Shown here piece by piece: positions 31,150-44,183 of a DNA stretch of 64,000 bases; the stretch's first letter is position 1; each line of letters opens with the position of its first letter. The position numbers and the translations under genes are program-made. Origin of the DNA: the human T2T-CHM13v2.0 reference genome, Homo sapiens; assembly GCF_009914755.1 (NCBI RefSeq), contig NC_060926.1. One strand, 5' to 3'. The notes under the pieces are model-generated. The model did not search any database, had not been told where the DNA came from, and was given only the letters and a program-made list of their open reading frames with translations.

Positions 31150-33550
31150 GATTTGAAATGATGAACACTGGGGTTGTTTCCAATGTTTGGCTCTTGCAAA
31201 TATTGGTGCTATAGTGCATTATGGGGAGTGAAAGTCAAGTGACAACATTTCTGCAAAAGGGCTATGTAAGTACTTGAATTTACAGTAGTATTATTAAAAT
31301 GGTTGCACCAATTTTATAAATCAATATGCAGAAGCTCCAGTGAATGAAAATCCTCTCACTAACTTTCTATTATCAAACTATATGATTTTTGGCAATCTAC
31401 TGAGCATAATTTATATGTTTTTGTTTTTCTTGTTATTAATAATGCATCCATTCGGCATAATTTATACATGTTTATTCTTCTGATTATTAATAAATCTTTT
31501 TAAAAGCATATTGGTTGGTTATACATATTTGCTCCATTGTAAAATGTCTGCATTAATTTTATTGGTTTTAATTTAATTTTTTTCTTTTCTAAATGATATA
31601 TAGTAGCTCTTTATATATTTTATACTAAACCCTTGTCAACTCTCCTGTGACTTTCATCTCTAATTTGTAAATCTTAATTAACACTTCTTAATTTTAAGGT
31701 AATAAAATGTATCCATACTTTTTGTAAAGTCTGCATTTTTTATCTTATGTGAGAAATTCTCTACTACAAAGTTAGAAGCTATCCTCATATTCTCCTATAT
31801 ATTCTTCTAGAACTTTTCAAGTTTCACTTTTTCAAATTTAAGTTCTTAATCCATCTGGAATTGATATGTACATTTGAGCCATTTTAGGGAACTAATTTGT
31901 TTTACTATTTTTTAAATGTATTATATATGTAAGGTATTGTCCCAGGATCATTTGGCAAATAATCCCTAGTTTCTCTACCAATTTGCCTTAGTCAAACAAT
32001 CCCGTACAATCATATCCTAGTTTCATATTTTCTCTACACCTAGTTGGTTAACTTGTTCATCTCAGTTTCAGTACAACACTCTTTGATTTACTATAGCTTC
32101 ATATACAAAATTCTCAAAAAAATTGTAAGTAATTTTGCTTTTCTAGAAACTTCTCTTCCATATAAATTTGAAAATCCATTTACTAAAGTTTTGTTAAAAA
32201 TACTACTAAATCTTTCTTAAAATTATGTTGAATCCTTTAATCAATTTGAAAATAACTAATATATTTACAATACTAAAATCCTATTTTCTAAGAATATGAG
32301 CTAAACTTCCCAGTTTTAGAACTTTGTAAATATCTTTGCTGTTTAATATTTTACTTATGTTTACTTTTATATTTATTCATATCTGTCAAATAATATCTAT
32401 AGATTTTTTTAAAAAGGTACATTTTAAAATTCACACCTTGTTCTTGCAATATGAAATTGCAACTGATTTTTATGTAATACTTCTTATAACTAATCACATT
32501 GATAAATTCTCATTATTCAAATAATGAGTCTATACATCTTTTGAATTTTCCAGTTAGAATGTTAGTTTTATTTCTCTCCCTATGATTATTTGCTTTTGAT
32601 TTATTTTCTTTCTTATACTCCTTTGGCTGGAACTTGAGTACGATGTAGACTAGAACCTGTAATAATATCAACTGTGTTATATTCCATGTTTTCAAATAAA
32701 TTATTTTCTAAGATTCTCAATTATGTTTGCTATTAATTTTTAAAATATATTATTTATTACATTTAAGGCTTGCTGTATTGTTATGAAATATATTGAATTT
32801 TAGAAAATCTTTTTTTTGTAACTATGAGATGATTGTATTATTTTTTTCCTAGGCTATTAATGTGGCAGTGGCATTTATAACTTTCAAATGTTACAATACT
32901 CTTGCATTCCTTTTATAGTCTCAATTTTGTCATGGTGTATTAAATATTTTTAAATATTTAAAATTTTATTTTAAAAACACTGCTACATTCCAGTTGCTAA
33001 TATTTTTAAGGATTATGGCATCTGTATTTATTATTATGAGTGAGATAGGATTTCAGTTTTCCCTTAACAAAACACTACAAAGGTATACTAAGTTACAACC
33101 ATTTATTCTATGAGGTTAAAATTCACTTCATATGATGAGTTTGACTATATGTACCCTCTTTACCAGTTGCCTAAAGGAGTTTGTATAACAATAGTCCATT
33201 CCTTGAGATTTTGGTAAGATGTGTCTATTGATCAACACCCAGTGTTCTATTTATTAAATTTGTTAACTATTGTTTCCTTTAATTTTCTTTTCAATCAATT
33301 TTATATTTTATTTGTTCTAGACATTTGAATATTTAATCCATGGTTTCATATGCATCTGCATATACTTTTCTACGTTCTTGCATGGTTTTATCACTTCTCT
33401 TTTTGTAAATGTTTTCATTTGTATTTACTTCTTCCTTCCCTAGTTATCTTAATCAATCTTGCTAGAAATTTGGCATTTTATTAGCATTTTTTGGAGACGC
33501 AAGTTGTAGCTCTGTTTATCCTCTCTATTCTATCTGTTTTCTTGATTGCT
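31150..33550 (-). mobile_element. Very old L1M (L1ME-like) ORF2 remnant
   Basis: GGGTTGTTTCCAATGTTTGGCT, TTAATCCATCTGGAATTGAT and other L1-antisense motifs; probably resumes at about 34290-34630. Confidence 0.7.
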
Positions 33551-34290
33551 GTTATTCAAGCTAGTTGTCCATCTATTACCTCTTAGCCCAAATCTAGTCT
33601 TCACTGTCCTTCTTGTGATACTGCCAGATCTCTCTCTTCCCGGCTGTCTCAAAGCCCTATGAACAGAGGGCACAGGAGAGATGCTTCAGATGAAAGAGGC
33701 ATTATCTTGCAGATTCTGGTGTGCTTTCTAGCTTCCAGTTCTAGAAGGTGTTTGGTTGATGTGTGGGACACCCAGTGACTCTCACCCTCAGCATGTTTAG
33801 CAATACCAATGCAGGTAGCTTCACTATAAGTTCCATGGGTGCCCTCGCTAGCTTCCCAGTATTGAGTTCAGCAGTCCTCCTCCTACCCTACTGCACTTCA
33901 CCTGGCCACATTACACAGGTGACTTCCTAACAAGTTTGAAAGACTCCTTCCTTATGAGTTTCATTAACCCCTCGGAGAGGAGCCCCAGCCCCTGGCTCCC
34001 TGACCAACAGTATAAGCCTGCAGACTGCAGGGCAACCCAGGCCTGGGGCAACCCGACAAAGTTCTCTGCTCTCCAGAGTTGGCTCCAAGCGCACCCTCTC
34101 CAATAGATCCTGAATTCCAGCCTTAAGAAGGAGACCCTCTACCATGATTCTTCCCTCCTTGGGTTCATTCCCATAGCCCTAAAATATTCTCATAGTTCTC
34201 TTTTTACTCCCTAGTAGTAATTAATTCCTTGTAAATAGTTAATGATTCTTTATAACTTACAACACTTGTGTGGTTTCTGTCTCATAAAAC
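33551..34290 (+). mobile_element. ERVL-class LTR (LTR52-like)
   Basis: Higher-GC island in the L1; start CAAGCTAG...CCCAAATC and end TGTGGTTTCTGTCTC resemble ERVL LTR termini. Confidence 0.55.
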
Positions 34291-35229
34291 ATTGTTTTTA
34301 TTATCTACTTACTGCTTTCTTTTAGTTTTTAAAATTAGGTTTTTTAGCATCTAACTTTGAAAAATCAGCTTATTATTTTTTAGCCTTTTTGTCTTTTGTA
34401 AGCATTTCAGGTTACAAGAATCCCTCTAAGTACTGTTTACTGCCTCACATATATTTTGAAATAAATATTTTGAAATTTTCTAAAATGATGTATTGCTTTT
34501 CCCATTAATAGTTTTGTCATTGATACCCAAGTTTTTATTAGTGTTTTTTTAATTCCCATGGTCAATTTTAATTTTAATTGCACCAATATCGTGATAATTT
34601 TAGAAATGTCCTGATATTTGGAGAAAAATATTTTTTTAAACTGAATAATATGACTTCATGATACACACACCCCATGTGTGATATACCTAGAGTGGTATAT
34701 GGGTTTGTGTGCATCTGGTGTAAACAGGTAAACTAGATTGTGTAAATGCTGATAAGTTCTCTGATGAAATTAAAATTATGGAATAGAATAAAAGGTTATG
34801 GGAAGAAATGGCTTATCTTAGGTTGAATGGGCAAAGATAGTCTCTCTTATAAGGTTACATTTGAACTGGGCAGGGATATCTTGACTTTTGACTCCAGTAA
34901 TTGTGGAAGAAGGGTCGGACTTGTTGCTGGGTGTGATGATCCGTTTAATCAGCTGAAAGGAAGATCCTTTAACGTATCTTTTCTCTTCTTGGAGCACTCT
35001 TCCTCTCCTTCTTCACTTGTTTACTTTCCTGTTGTGTTGATATTCATTCCTTCCTCCTTGGTTTTAGTCAGTAGGTTATCTTCTCTATGATTCAAGTGCC
35101 CCACTTGGAGGAGAGAAAGGTGTGTCTGCTCTGTGTCAACCAAATGGAAGAGATATAATAAATAAAAATAAATGTGATACCTCAACAAATTCTCCAAAGT
35201 CTCCCCTCAGGAATCAACATATATTACCT

Positions 35230-35521
35230 GGCCAGGCAGGTTGACTCATGCCAGTAATCTCAACATTTTGGGAGGCCAAGGCAGCAAGATTCCTTGAGGC
35301 CAGGAGCTCGAGACCAGCCTGGGAAACATAGTGAGACCCCATTTCTACAAAAATTAAAAAGATATATGGCTTGGCATGTTCGTGTGCAACTGTAGCCCTA
35401 GCTACTCGAGAGGCTAAGGAGGGAGGATCACTTGAGCCCGGAAATTTAAAGCTGCAGTGAGCCATGATTGGGCCACTGAACTTCAGCTTGGGTGACAGAG
35501 AAAAACTCTGACTCCAAAAAA
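35230..35521 (+). mobile_element. AluJ (diverged)
   Basis: Both arms; GGAGGATCACTTGAGCCC, GCTGCAGTGAGCCATGAT. Confidence 0.93.
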
Positions 35522-35715
35522 TATGCATATAAAACAATAACACCTACCTACCTCTATAGCCCTAGAATCACACCTATTTTTTTCTTAATCTTCAGTTCAT
35601 GTCAGCACACTTTAGGCTCTGAATTATTCTTAAATACAATCTCCTTCAACTGCCATCTTTCATGGAATCACCATAGTTTTCATTCAAGCAGGATTAGATT
35701 AAAAACAATAATTCT

Positions 35716-36013
35716 CTCTGGACATGGTGCCTCACTCCTGTAATCCCAGCACTTTGGGAGGCCAAGGCAGGCAGATTGCTTGAGCTCAGGAGTTTGAGAC
35801 CAGCCTGTGCAACATGGTGAAACCCTGTCTCTACAAGAAACAGAAAAATTAGCCGGGCATGGTGGTATGTGCCTATGGCCCCAGCAGCTTGGGAAGCTGA
35901 GGTTAGGAGGATCACTTGAACCCAGAAGGTCAAGGCCACAGTAAGCCATGACAGCACCACTGCACTCCAGCTTGGGTGACAGAATGAGACTCTGTCTCAA
36001 AAAAAAAAAAAAA
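35716..36013 (+). mobile_element. AluJb-like
   Basis: Both arms, A tail, flanking AATTCT on both sides. Confidence 0.94.
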
Positions 36014-38199
36014 ATTCTTCTGCATTTAAACAGAAGGGAAAGACAGCCACATGTGCTTAGTGTGCCTTCCCTATTTCATTAGTTCTTTGCTTAAATCTAC
36101 ATGTAAATCTTCTAAAATACAGTACTTTAATGTATTTTCTCATCAAAAGAAGATGTGTAAAGAGAGTACTTAATAACAAACAATTCTTATTTTACTTTGA
36201 ATTGTATTACTAACTTTATTCAGAAATTTGGGTTCTTTAAAAACTATAGTAGACTTCTACAGACTTACGATATTTTTTCTTTTATAATATCAAAGAAACA
36301 ACAGCTGTTGTTGAATTGAGTATGTTGTTCCTTCACCATCAGTGTTATTGTACTGGCCTTCACCATTTTAGTCACATCTTTTATATATATATTTATAAAG
36401 GACACTTTGAATACTAATTTTTTTTATCCAAGGTGAAACATAGCCTAATGTGGCATGATTTACAATCAAAATTTTTGTTCTTTCCAGTCCATCATTCCAG
36501 ACATTGATGAAAGCATAAAACTCTAAGTTTAAGATTAATCCTATAGGACACTAGTTACATTCCCTGCCTCCCATCTGACCCCTGTTTATTGCTTTCTGAT
36601 TATAATTTGCTGACATAATAGCTATGTAATCTAAACTGTATTTTATGAGTACATTGATAAGAATATTAAGCTTAAATATACTATGGACTAGGGACTCAAA
36701 AACCTTGCTAATGTTATATTAATGTTAGTACATCACAGTGGTATTTATGAATACCCCAAATCTCTTGGAGTTTCACTTGGCAGTAACTCAAGGTAAAATA
36801 GTAAGGAAGTTACCCACCATCTGTCAGTACAGCTGGATGAGGGTAACAAGTTCATAACAATGGGAAAACAAATTCAAAGCAATGGGTGATCATTGGTGAC
36901 ATTTCAAGAAAGGCTTTGGCTATAGGATACCATTAAAAAAATCTAAACTCTGGCTTCATGATACTCACAAATATCTATTTTCCTCTATTGCTGGTTAAAT
37001 ATTTCGGTAAATAATCCAAGAATATTATTACTACAGTGGTGAAATGTTTTTCTATGCTTAGCTTTCAAGAGCAGAAGAGCAATTTTAATATTCAATAGGC
37101 ATTCTTGCTATTTCACAAGTATTGATAAGTAAATAATTTCCTCACAGGTATCAATAGAGTAATATCTTAAAACCTTGTATAAAAGGTTATCCATTAAAAA
37201 AATTGATACAGACTAAAATGATTAACAAAAAGACAGTTACAAAGTAAGCAGTAAATTTTCCCAAATACCAGTAGAACTTCCACACCTCTATACCATTCAA
37301 ACAGTTTAAATAATTTGCAACCCTTTATTCTACATATGTTAGACTTGTCTTTAGTCCTATTTGTATCAGAATGAATTGCGGGAAACAGAAAATATTAGCA
37401 GAAAAAGATGTAATGAAAATAAGCTGGGTATTGCAAACCATCAGATTGACCAAAGGAACTGAAGTTATCACTGAATATTAATTTCAAGATCTCACTACTA
37501 CAACAAGTTAAAGATCAGGAATCTGAGTCTACTGTGTTCACCTTACCACAAATCGTTCTCACTTTCACAGATAATGTATCAAACATATTTTGGATTTTTT
37601 TTATTGGTTTGCTACATATTTTATATAGAATATATTTATGAGAGAAGTGTATATTAGTTTCTGTAAGAGAGTTTCTTGAAGGTAGCATCTTTTCAATAGC
37701 AGGATAATTGAAATGTAAGGAACAAATAAACTCACTAAAAAAAGCTAGAAGTGAAGACAATGGTTAAGACTTAGAGTTGAACTGTGATTTTAGCATATGC
37801 CATTTTCTATCCTCTTGACTACCTTTGTGAACAATGGAACAAAGTGTGGCTCAGACAATAAGCAAGTCATTGTAGTTACCAGAGATGAAAAATTCATGGA
37901 ACAAAGAGTGTGGGAGAAAGTATACAGTAAGTTGATGATTTTTTACTTATTCCACATGCATCATATCTTCCTGAATTTTTGCATATCTCATAATTTTTAA
38001 TTGTCTATTTGACATTCTGAGTGATGCATTTGAGAGAGCATAGATTTTGGTTTTTTTTTTTACTTTAAAAATTGAGTTTTGTAATAGCAGGATTTAAAAG
38101 TACTAAAATTCATCTTGATTTTCTCTGACTCAGTTTAACTCTTTTATTTTCTTTTTATTTCATTGTCTTTCTCTCATGAGTATTAGGAAATTGCAGTCT

Positions 38200-38770
38200 A
38201 GGGCTTAATCTTTATTTTAATGTCTCACCTTTCAGAACTCTCATCTAGAAGTCTTGAAGTCCTCAGCAAGATCTTCTCAATCTGGTTTGGGAGAAACACC
38301 AACATATACCAGCACAACAAAATCCCAGTACTTTTGATCATCCCAATGGCTGCATCAAGTATTCCCTGTGAGACCTGTAAGGCTTTGTCCTTGACATGCA
38401 CAGCTGAGTCGTTACCAAAGAGCCAAGGAGATTCCTGAAGCACTCTTCTGGAGATACCTCCTAATAATGCCCGCTTTCTCTTATATGCACCACCACACAT
38501 ATTCTAACTACTTCAGCAAGATTGCACGTTATCTCTGCCTCTTCAGCTCAGCAAGACTGCAGCTGGCTGCATGAGTTCCACCTTCCTAAGCCACGGTCTG
38601 GAAAAATGTTCCTAAGAAGGTTGCCAGGGTGAGAGTGCTGCTCACTTGATTTGCTTCTTTGAGTTCCAGGATCACAGTCCTGTTTTGTTGTCTAATAGCT
38701 TTTTAAAAAGAGGGCTTATGTTCATACATTCGGTTCAGTTTTAAAATTCTTTACAATGGGAAAGTAAGTT
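38200..38770 (-). mobile_element. Old L1M 5'-end fragment
   Basis: CTCAGCAAGACTGC, GTCTGGAAAAATG, CAGGATCACAGTCCTG; motifs shared with 3140-3620. Confidence 0.55.
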
Positions 38771-40029
38771 TCATGAGAGTTTATTTACAGGTGAATTTAG
38801 TAAGGGTAGCCACATGGACAAAAACTGTACAATGTTAGAGTATTTCCTAAAGAAAATTTTAAAATTTTAAAGTGTATTTTAAATACACTTTTGTTTGGAA
38901 AACCAAAAAGCCCAAACTTATTTTAATGTTGTATTTTTTATTCTTTCTTTACCTTTTGGACAAGAAAAAGACTTGAATAATTTCATGACTTATACTACAT
39001 TCCCATTCTTCATTCCATTCATATGTAGTTTATTATTATATTGGAACACATTGTTAGAAAACTCAAATACTCAACCCTATTGTGAATAAGTTAGACTAAA
39101 ATCACTTTTTCTCTGATAAAAATGAAATTAAAGATACAATACTTATCTTTCTGTAACCACCACTTAATATTATTTTCATATTTTTGAGATATTAGTAAGA
39201 TTATATCATACACTGAAATAAAATATTTTATTTAAATGACAATAGAAATATATTAAAAACTTTATAAATGGTTACAAATTCCCTTTGTTTCATGTCTTTT
39301 CATCTGTTCATATAAAATTTCTAGTAAAATACCTGCAGCCCACCTACACCAGTAAGAGTTTCTCCAGATCGCTAATGATGTCTCAGTAGTCCTCAGAAAC
39401 AAATCCATTTCCACAGTATACCTACTATACCACTATATGTCACCAGTATGCTATGTGGGTCTACCTGGCTTAGATGTCCCAGACTATCATAATCCCCACT
39501 GCTTTCCCATGTCAGGTGCTAAAGCTGCTCTACTTCGTGCAAATTCAAATAACCTAAGTTCTACTCAGAATTACTGCTCTCTCAGACAACTAAAATATTT
39601 CCCAAGGGTCAAGCTTAACACTACTAGACCCCTTTCCACTAAAATGGGTTCTAACCAAAAACATTCTTTAACATCTTTTCTAACAAAACACACACATATA
39701 CACATCTCTTAGTTCTTCTTTTCTGTTTTCTGGGCATGTCAGTGGAGAATTATATCAAAACGTCACTGCTATACACAAGTTAAGTAAATTTCTAGGATGA
39801 ATCTTGGCCCCTATACAAATAGTCTTCTAAGGCTGATGAATCCACCTTGTTGAATCACTTTGGTTTTGTTAAATTCTGCAGAAGAGTGACTGAAAAAATA
39901 AGGCTCAAATTGACACTGTGCTGCACTAATAATAGTTATTTTTAATACCATTTACAAAATGAATCTTATGTGTTTACATTTACAGAGGCTAATATATGAA
40001 ATTGACAGAGCAATATATCATGATATTTA

Positions 40030-40250
40030 AGAGTACAGCATTTGACTTGAGATAAATTAAACTTTGATTCCTGGTTTATTCATCTACTCCTGTGTGATAA
40101 TTTCGCAAATTATTTTCTTTTCTAAATACTGATTCTTTCACCTGTAAAATAATACCTTATAGAGTTGATATCAGCAATATATGAACAATGTCTTAAAGCA
40201 CCTCAAGCATACCTAGAATAACATAGTGACTCAGTGGATAATAGGTATTG
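40030..40250 (+). mobile_element. MIR
   Basis: TTTGATTCCTGG...TGTGTGA...CTGTAAAATAATACC...AAAGCACCT. Confidence 0.7.
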
Positions 40251-41286
40251 GAGGTCGTGGTAATGGTAATAGTAGTACAATTAATAATAGTTGGAGATAG
40301 TACTGGTGACGGTAGTACAGTAATAATAAGAGCAGTAATCGATGTATTTTCTAGACATCTCAAGTACAGAGAATGGTTTGCAATTCAGTACCAAAAGCTA
40401 AGAAATTAGATGTGTCCTTTTATAATATGATATATGCATTCTGTAAACTCTGACATTAACTATAAAGAGACTATGAGAAAATAAAATTGGGGCAATTAAT
40501 TCAAAACAAATGCAGCTTTGTAACTAAAGCTCTATCAAAAACATAGCTTGAAAGTTTTAAGTTCCTAATAAGTCATTAAGAATACTACAGAAACACAGAA
40601 CTTTATTTTAAAATAATAGAAAGATGAAGATAGAGTAATAGAGTGTAAGGAAGAATTGTGGTTACTAAGTAATGGAAACAAAAGCAAGACTCACAAGTCT
40701 AGGTAGCCAACAGGAAGAACACGGAGAGTATGGTGTTATGCACAGCACTCTAGCTCTTTGTCTCCTGCTGCCTCCTATTTTGCTAATACGTTTTGCATTT
40801 AGCTTCTACTACTTAGTGGCACACCAGAGTGACATGTTAGAAAAAATCATGTATAAACCGGTAAAACACCAGTAAGGTGCATTTCTCTATTTACCAATCA
40901 CAAATGAACTAAATATGCATTGTAACACAATAGATTATATTAAGTGCTTTAAAATTGGTTACTGTAAAGAAAAAAACTGTTGCTTACAGCAATACAGAAC
41001 AAATAGCGAAATGAGTTGCTGCTGAAAAGCTACTAACAAATTTTTGTATTTTTTTTCTGCTATATGTAGAAAAGGGTTTGCTAAGCCTAAAACTTAGCAG
41101 TTTTTAATATAAGGACTATGAAAAATATTGACTGGTCTCTGGTATAAAATTTGCATAATATTAAAAAAATTAATGAGTTAACATATAGAATTAATTTTGA
41201 CTTGAATATATACCACAAGAATTTGGATTTATTGGATAAACAATTTAGTAGTAAGATATAGGGTTGAACATTTTTCTTCAACTTCG

Positions 41287-41290
<4 letters not shown>

Positions 41291-41317
<27 letters not shown>
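41291..41317 (+). repeat. (TG)n
   Basis: Direct reading. Confidence 0.95.
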
Positions 41318-42399
41318 TTCTTACACTGAGGACATTACTAGCATTGGATTTTTACACATAATATAATACTATGAAATTTACTTAATAATAGAGTATCAAA
41401 TATATTTCATAAGTTTTCTTTCATATAATTTCATATAGAGAAACCAATTTATCAGAGAATTATGAAGTTATTCATTAGGTAATTTAACTGTTATTTAGCA
41501 AAAACTCTTAAAACACTTCTCCAGAGACAGCGTTCTGAGAAATAGGATATGACAATTAATATTTTATCTCATAATTATATTTAATCATTAATAACATAAT
41601 ATAAAATACAGAAGTAGTAATGATCACACTCTGTAATTGTAATTATAACTTAGAATAACAGTAATGTAGAAATGGATATCATATTTATTTATGTCCTTTC
41701 TTATTGAATAAAGTATTTGAGATGGCATAAATTACAAAATGTGAGTATTCAATGATCAGAGAATAAGGTGACAAAATGAAGGGAAAGCCTATAGTTGCTA
41801 CAAAAGTAAACTACTTTGTTCTGAGTTCTGTTACATTCAATACAGAATAAAAAAGAGAGATTGAAACATAATGGCTTACATATCCCTAATTAGCTCATAA
41901 AATCATAAAATGGTAACATACCTTTATAAAATATTAATGTTTTCCTATCATACTATTTGCAACTTTTGGTCACAAGCATCAAATAATTGCTTGCTTTGTT
42001 AGTTAAGATATAAAATAGATGTGTATTGTAAATAACAAGGCCAGTTTGAAGAGTCAAAGGACAGGAAAAGATTTGGGCTTTTGAAATAGAGGCATAAAAT
42101 GGCAAGTTCTAGGAAACACAGAAAATTTTCTCTTGACCTCTCTTCTCTGGTCCACTGTTTATCTACACTACTATCTTTCCTCCAGAAAAAGGAGAGATGA
42201 GGGGAATGTTTAGAGGTAGTAATGTAATCCAGTATCAGCAAGACAATGTAAACTACTATAACAAACATTCCTTGAAATATATAATGGCTCGAACATACTA
42301 TAAACTTTTTTCTTATTCTTGTAAAGTCAAAAATGAGATGTTATTCAAGAACCCAACATCTCTTTATCTTGCCACTCTGTTCCAAATTAGTTTTCCATT

Positions 42400-42620
42400 A
42401 ACAGGATACTCTCCTACAACTAGATGGTAGAAGGCAAGAGAACAGAAGCATGGGAAGCATGCATAAGTAAATCCTGCAAGTGATGCAAACTTCCACTCCT
42501 GGTCCATTGCTAGGACTCATCACATGGCCACATTTAAATGCAAGGGGTTGGGGGTTTTATTCGGACATATGGCCCAGAACAAAGTGGAACACGTTTCATG
42601 AATATCTAAGAGGACTCTAT
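42400..42620 (-). mobile_element. Old MLT1 (J/K-like) fragment
   Basis: CCATTGCTAGGACTCATCACATGGCCACATTTAAATGCAAGGGG. Confidence 0.55.
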
Positions 42621-43040
42621 CAGAAAACCTAATAAAGAAGGGAGTCAAGAAACTCCACCTAAAATTTAAAAAGTAATAATTGAGGTTTCATTGTGTTATT
42701 TGAAAACATTGTGATAACCAAGATAAATTAAAATTGTAAAAGGGGAAGAGTAATGTAGTATAGTAAATTGAGCAAAACTCCTATTTTATATGTGTCTATA
42801 ACAAATGTCAGTCTGAATTACCCTCCCTCATCTAAAAAAGTTGTTCTTCCTGTAAAGGGGAGAAAGAAAAACAGAAAAATGTCAAGGAGTTTCTCTTTGC
42901 GAGTTGGGACCTGATAATGTGGGCACGTACTGGGAAGGTGGGGTTTGGAATGTTTTGTTTGCTTGTTTTTAAATAAATCTTTCTATATTATTTATTTTAT
43001 ACTATGTGTATGATAAAAATGAAAATAAAATATTAAAGAA

Positions 43041-43572
43041 TGCATTAGTTTTCTGTTGCTGCTGTAAGAATTTCCAAAACTCAATTACTTGAAACAACAA
43101 AATTTATTATTTTACATTTCTGTAGTATAATGTGCAACACAGGTGCAATGTGCAACACAATGTGTAACAATGCACAACACATTTGTGTAGTATAAAGTGC
43201 AACACAGGTCTCCACAGAGGTTGCCATTTCCTTGCCAGCTGACAAATGAAGGCTGTTCCCATCTTCTGGGCACAACCCTTACTCCCTGGCTCATGTTTCC
43301 CTTCCTCCTTCTTAAAAGCTAGAAGGGCAGGTTGAGTCCTTTCCATATTTGAATCTCTTTTTCTCATTTCTTCTCTCTGATCCACACTTCTGCTTTCCTC
43401 ATCACTTTCAAGGAGACACATGATTAGGTTGTACCCACCTGGATAGTCCAAATATCTCAAAATCCATATCTTAATATATCTGCAAAGTCCCTTTTGCCAT
43501 AGAGTAACTTATTCACAGGTTCGGGGGATTAGAGTGTGGTATCTTTGGGAGAGTACTATGCAGCCCATTACA
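43041..43572 (-). mobile_element. MLT1C/D-like LTR with internal duplication
   Basis: TGCATTAGTTTTCTGTTGCTGCTGTAA start; ATCTGCAAAGTCCCTTTTGCCAT, ATTCACAGGTTCGGGGATTAG; ends ...ATTACA. Confidence 0.87.
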
Positions 43573-43930
43573 GAGGAATACATCTTTCTATTCTTTGTAA
43601 GTTCACTCATTAAAGACATTTATTTTTAAAAGATAAACTGTAAACAAAGTAAATGAAAAGTTTTATTCTAATTTAAAAGAAAATATAACAATAAAATATA
43701 AATATGTGAAATTAAACGAATTAAGTGCTTAAGAGAAATTAGGAAATTAAGAATAAGAGAATTAAAACTTACAACAGAATATAAAAATTTTGAAAACATC
43801 ATAAAATTAATAAGTAACAAAAACTAATTGAAATTTTAATGCTAAATAAGAATATTAATAAAAATCATAAATTGAATAGAATATTTAAACCAATGAAAAT
43901 ACACATAAAGTTAAATATTTTTTTCCAACT

Positions 43931-44183
43931 TTTTCTTTTATTTCTCACCCCCCTCCCACCCTTTCCTCCTGAGAGCCCAAAATTCATTGTGCAAAGTCTT
44001 ATGACTTTGCATCCTGATAGCTTAGCTCCCACTAATGAGTGAGAACATACTATGTGTGGTTTTCCATTCCTGAATTACTTTCCTTAGAATAATAGTCTCC
44101 AATCCCATCCAGGTTGCTGTGAATGCCATTATTTTCTTCCTTTTTATGGTTGAGTAGAATTCCATCATATATATCTCACAGAG
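43931..44183 (-). mobile_element. Short L1PB-like fragment lacking its extreme 3' end
   Basis: TTGCATCCTGATAGCTTAGCTCCCACT, TTTTCCATTCCTGA; flanked by a 24-bp direct repeat with 21/24 identity. Confidence 0.88.

Noticed and set aside
36919-37010. Possible AG...GT exon
   Set aside because: Stops in the frames I checked, weak pyrimidine tract, no recognisable product.
38225-38500. 91-aa protein-like ORF on the minus strand
   Set aside because: It lies in an L1M 5'-end relic with motifs shared with 3140-3620; no recognisable domain or splice context.
39330-39420. Minus-strand donor-like CAG|GTATTT with a short upstream open frame
   Set aside because: No recognisable peptide or matching acceptor.
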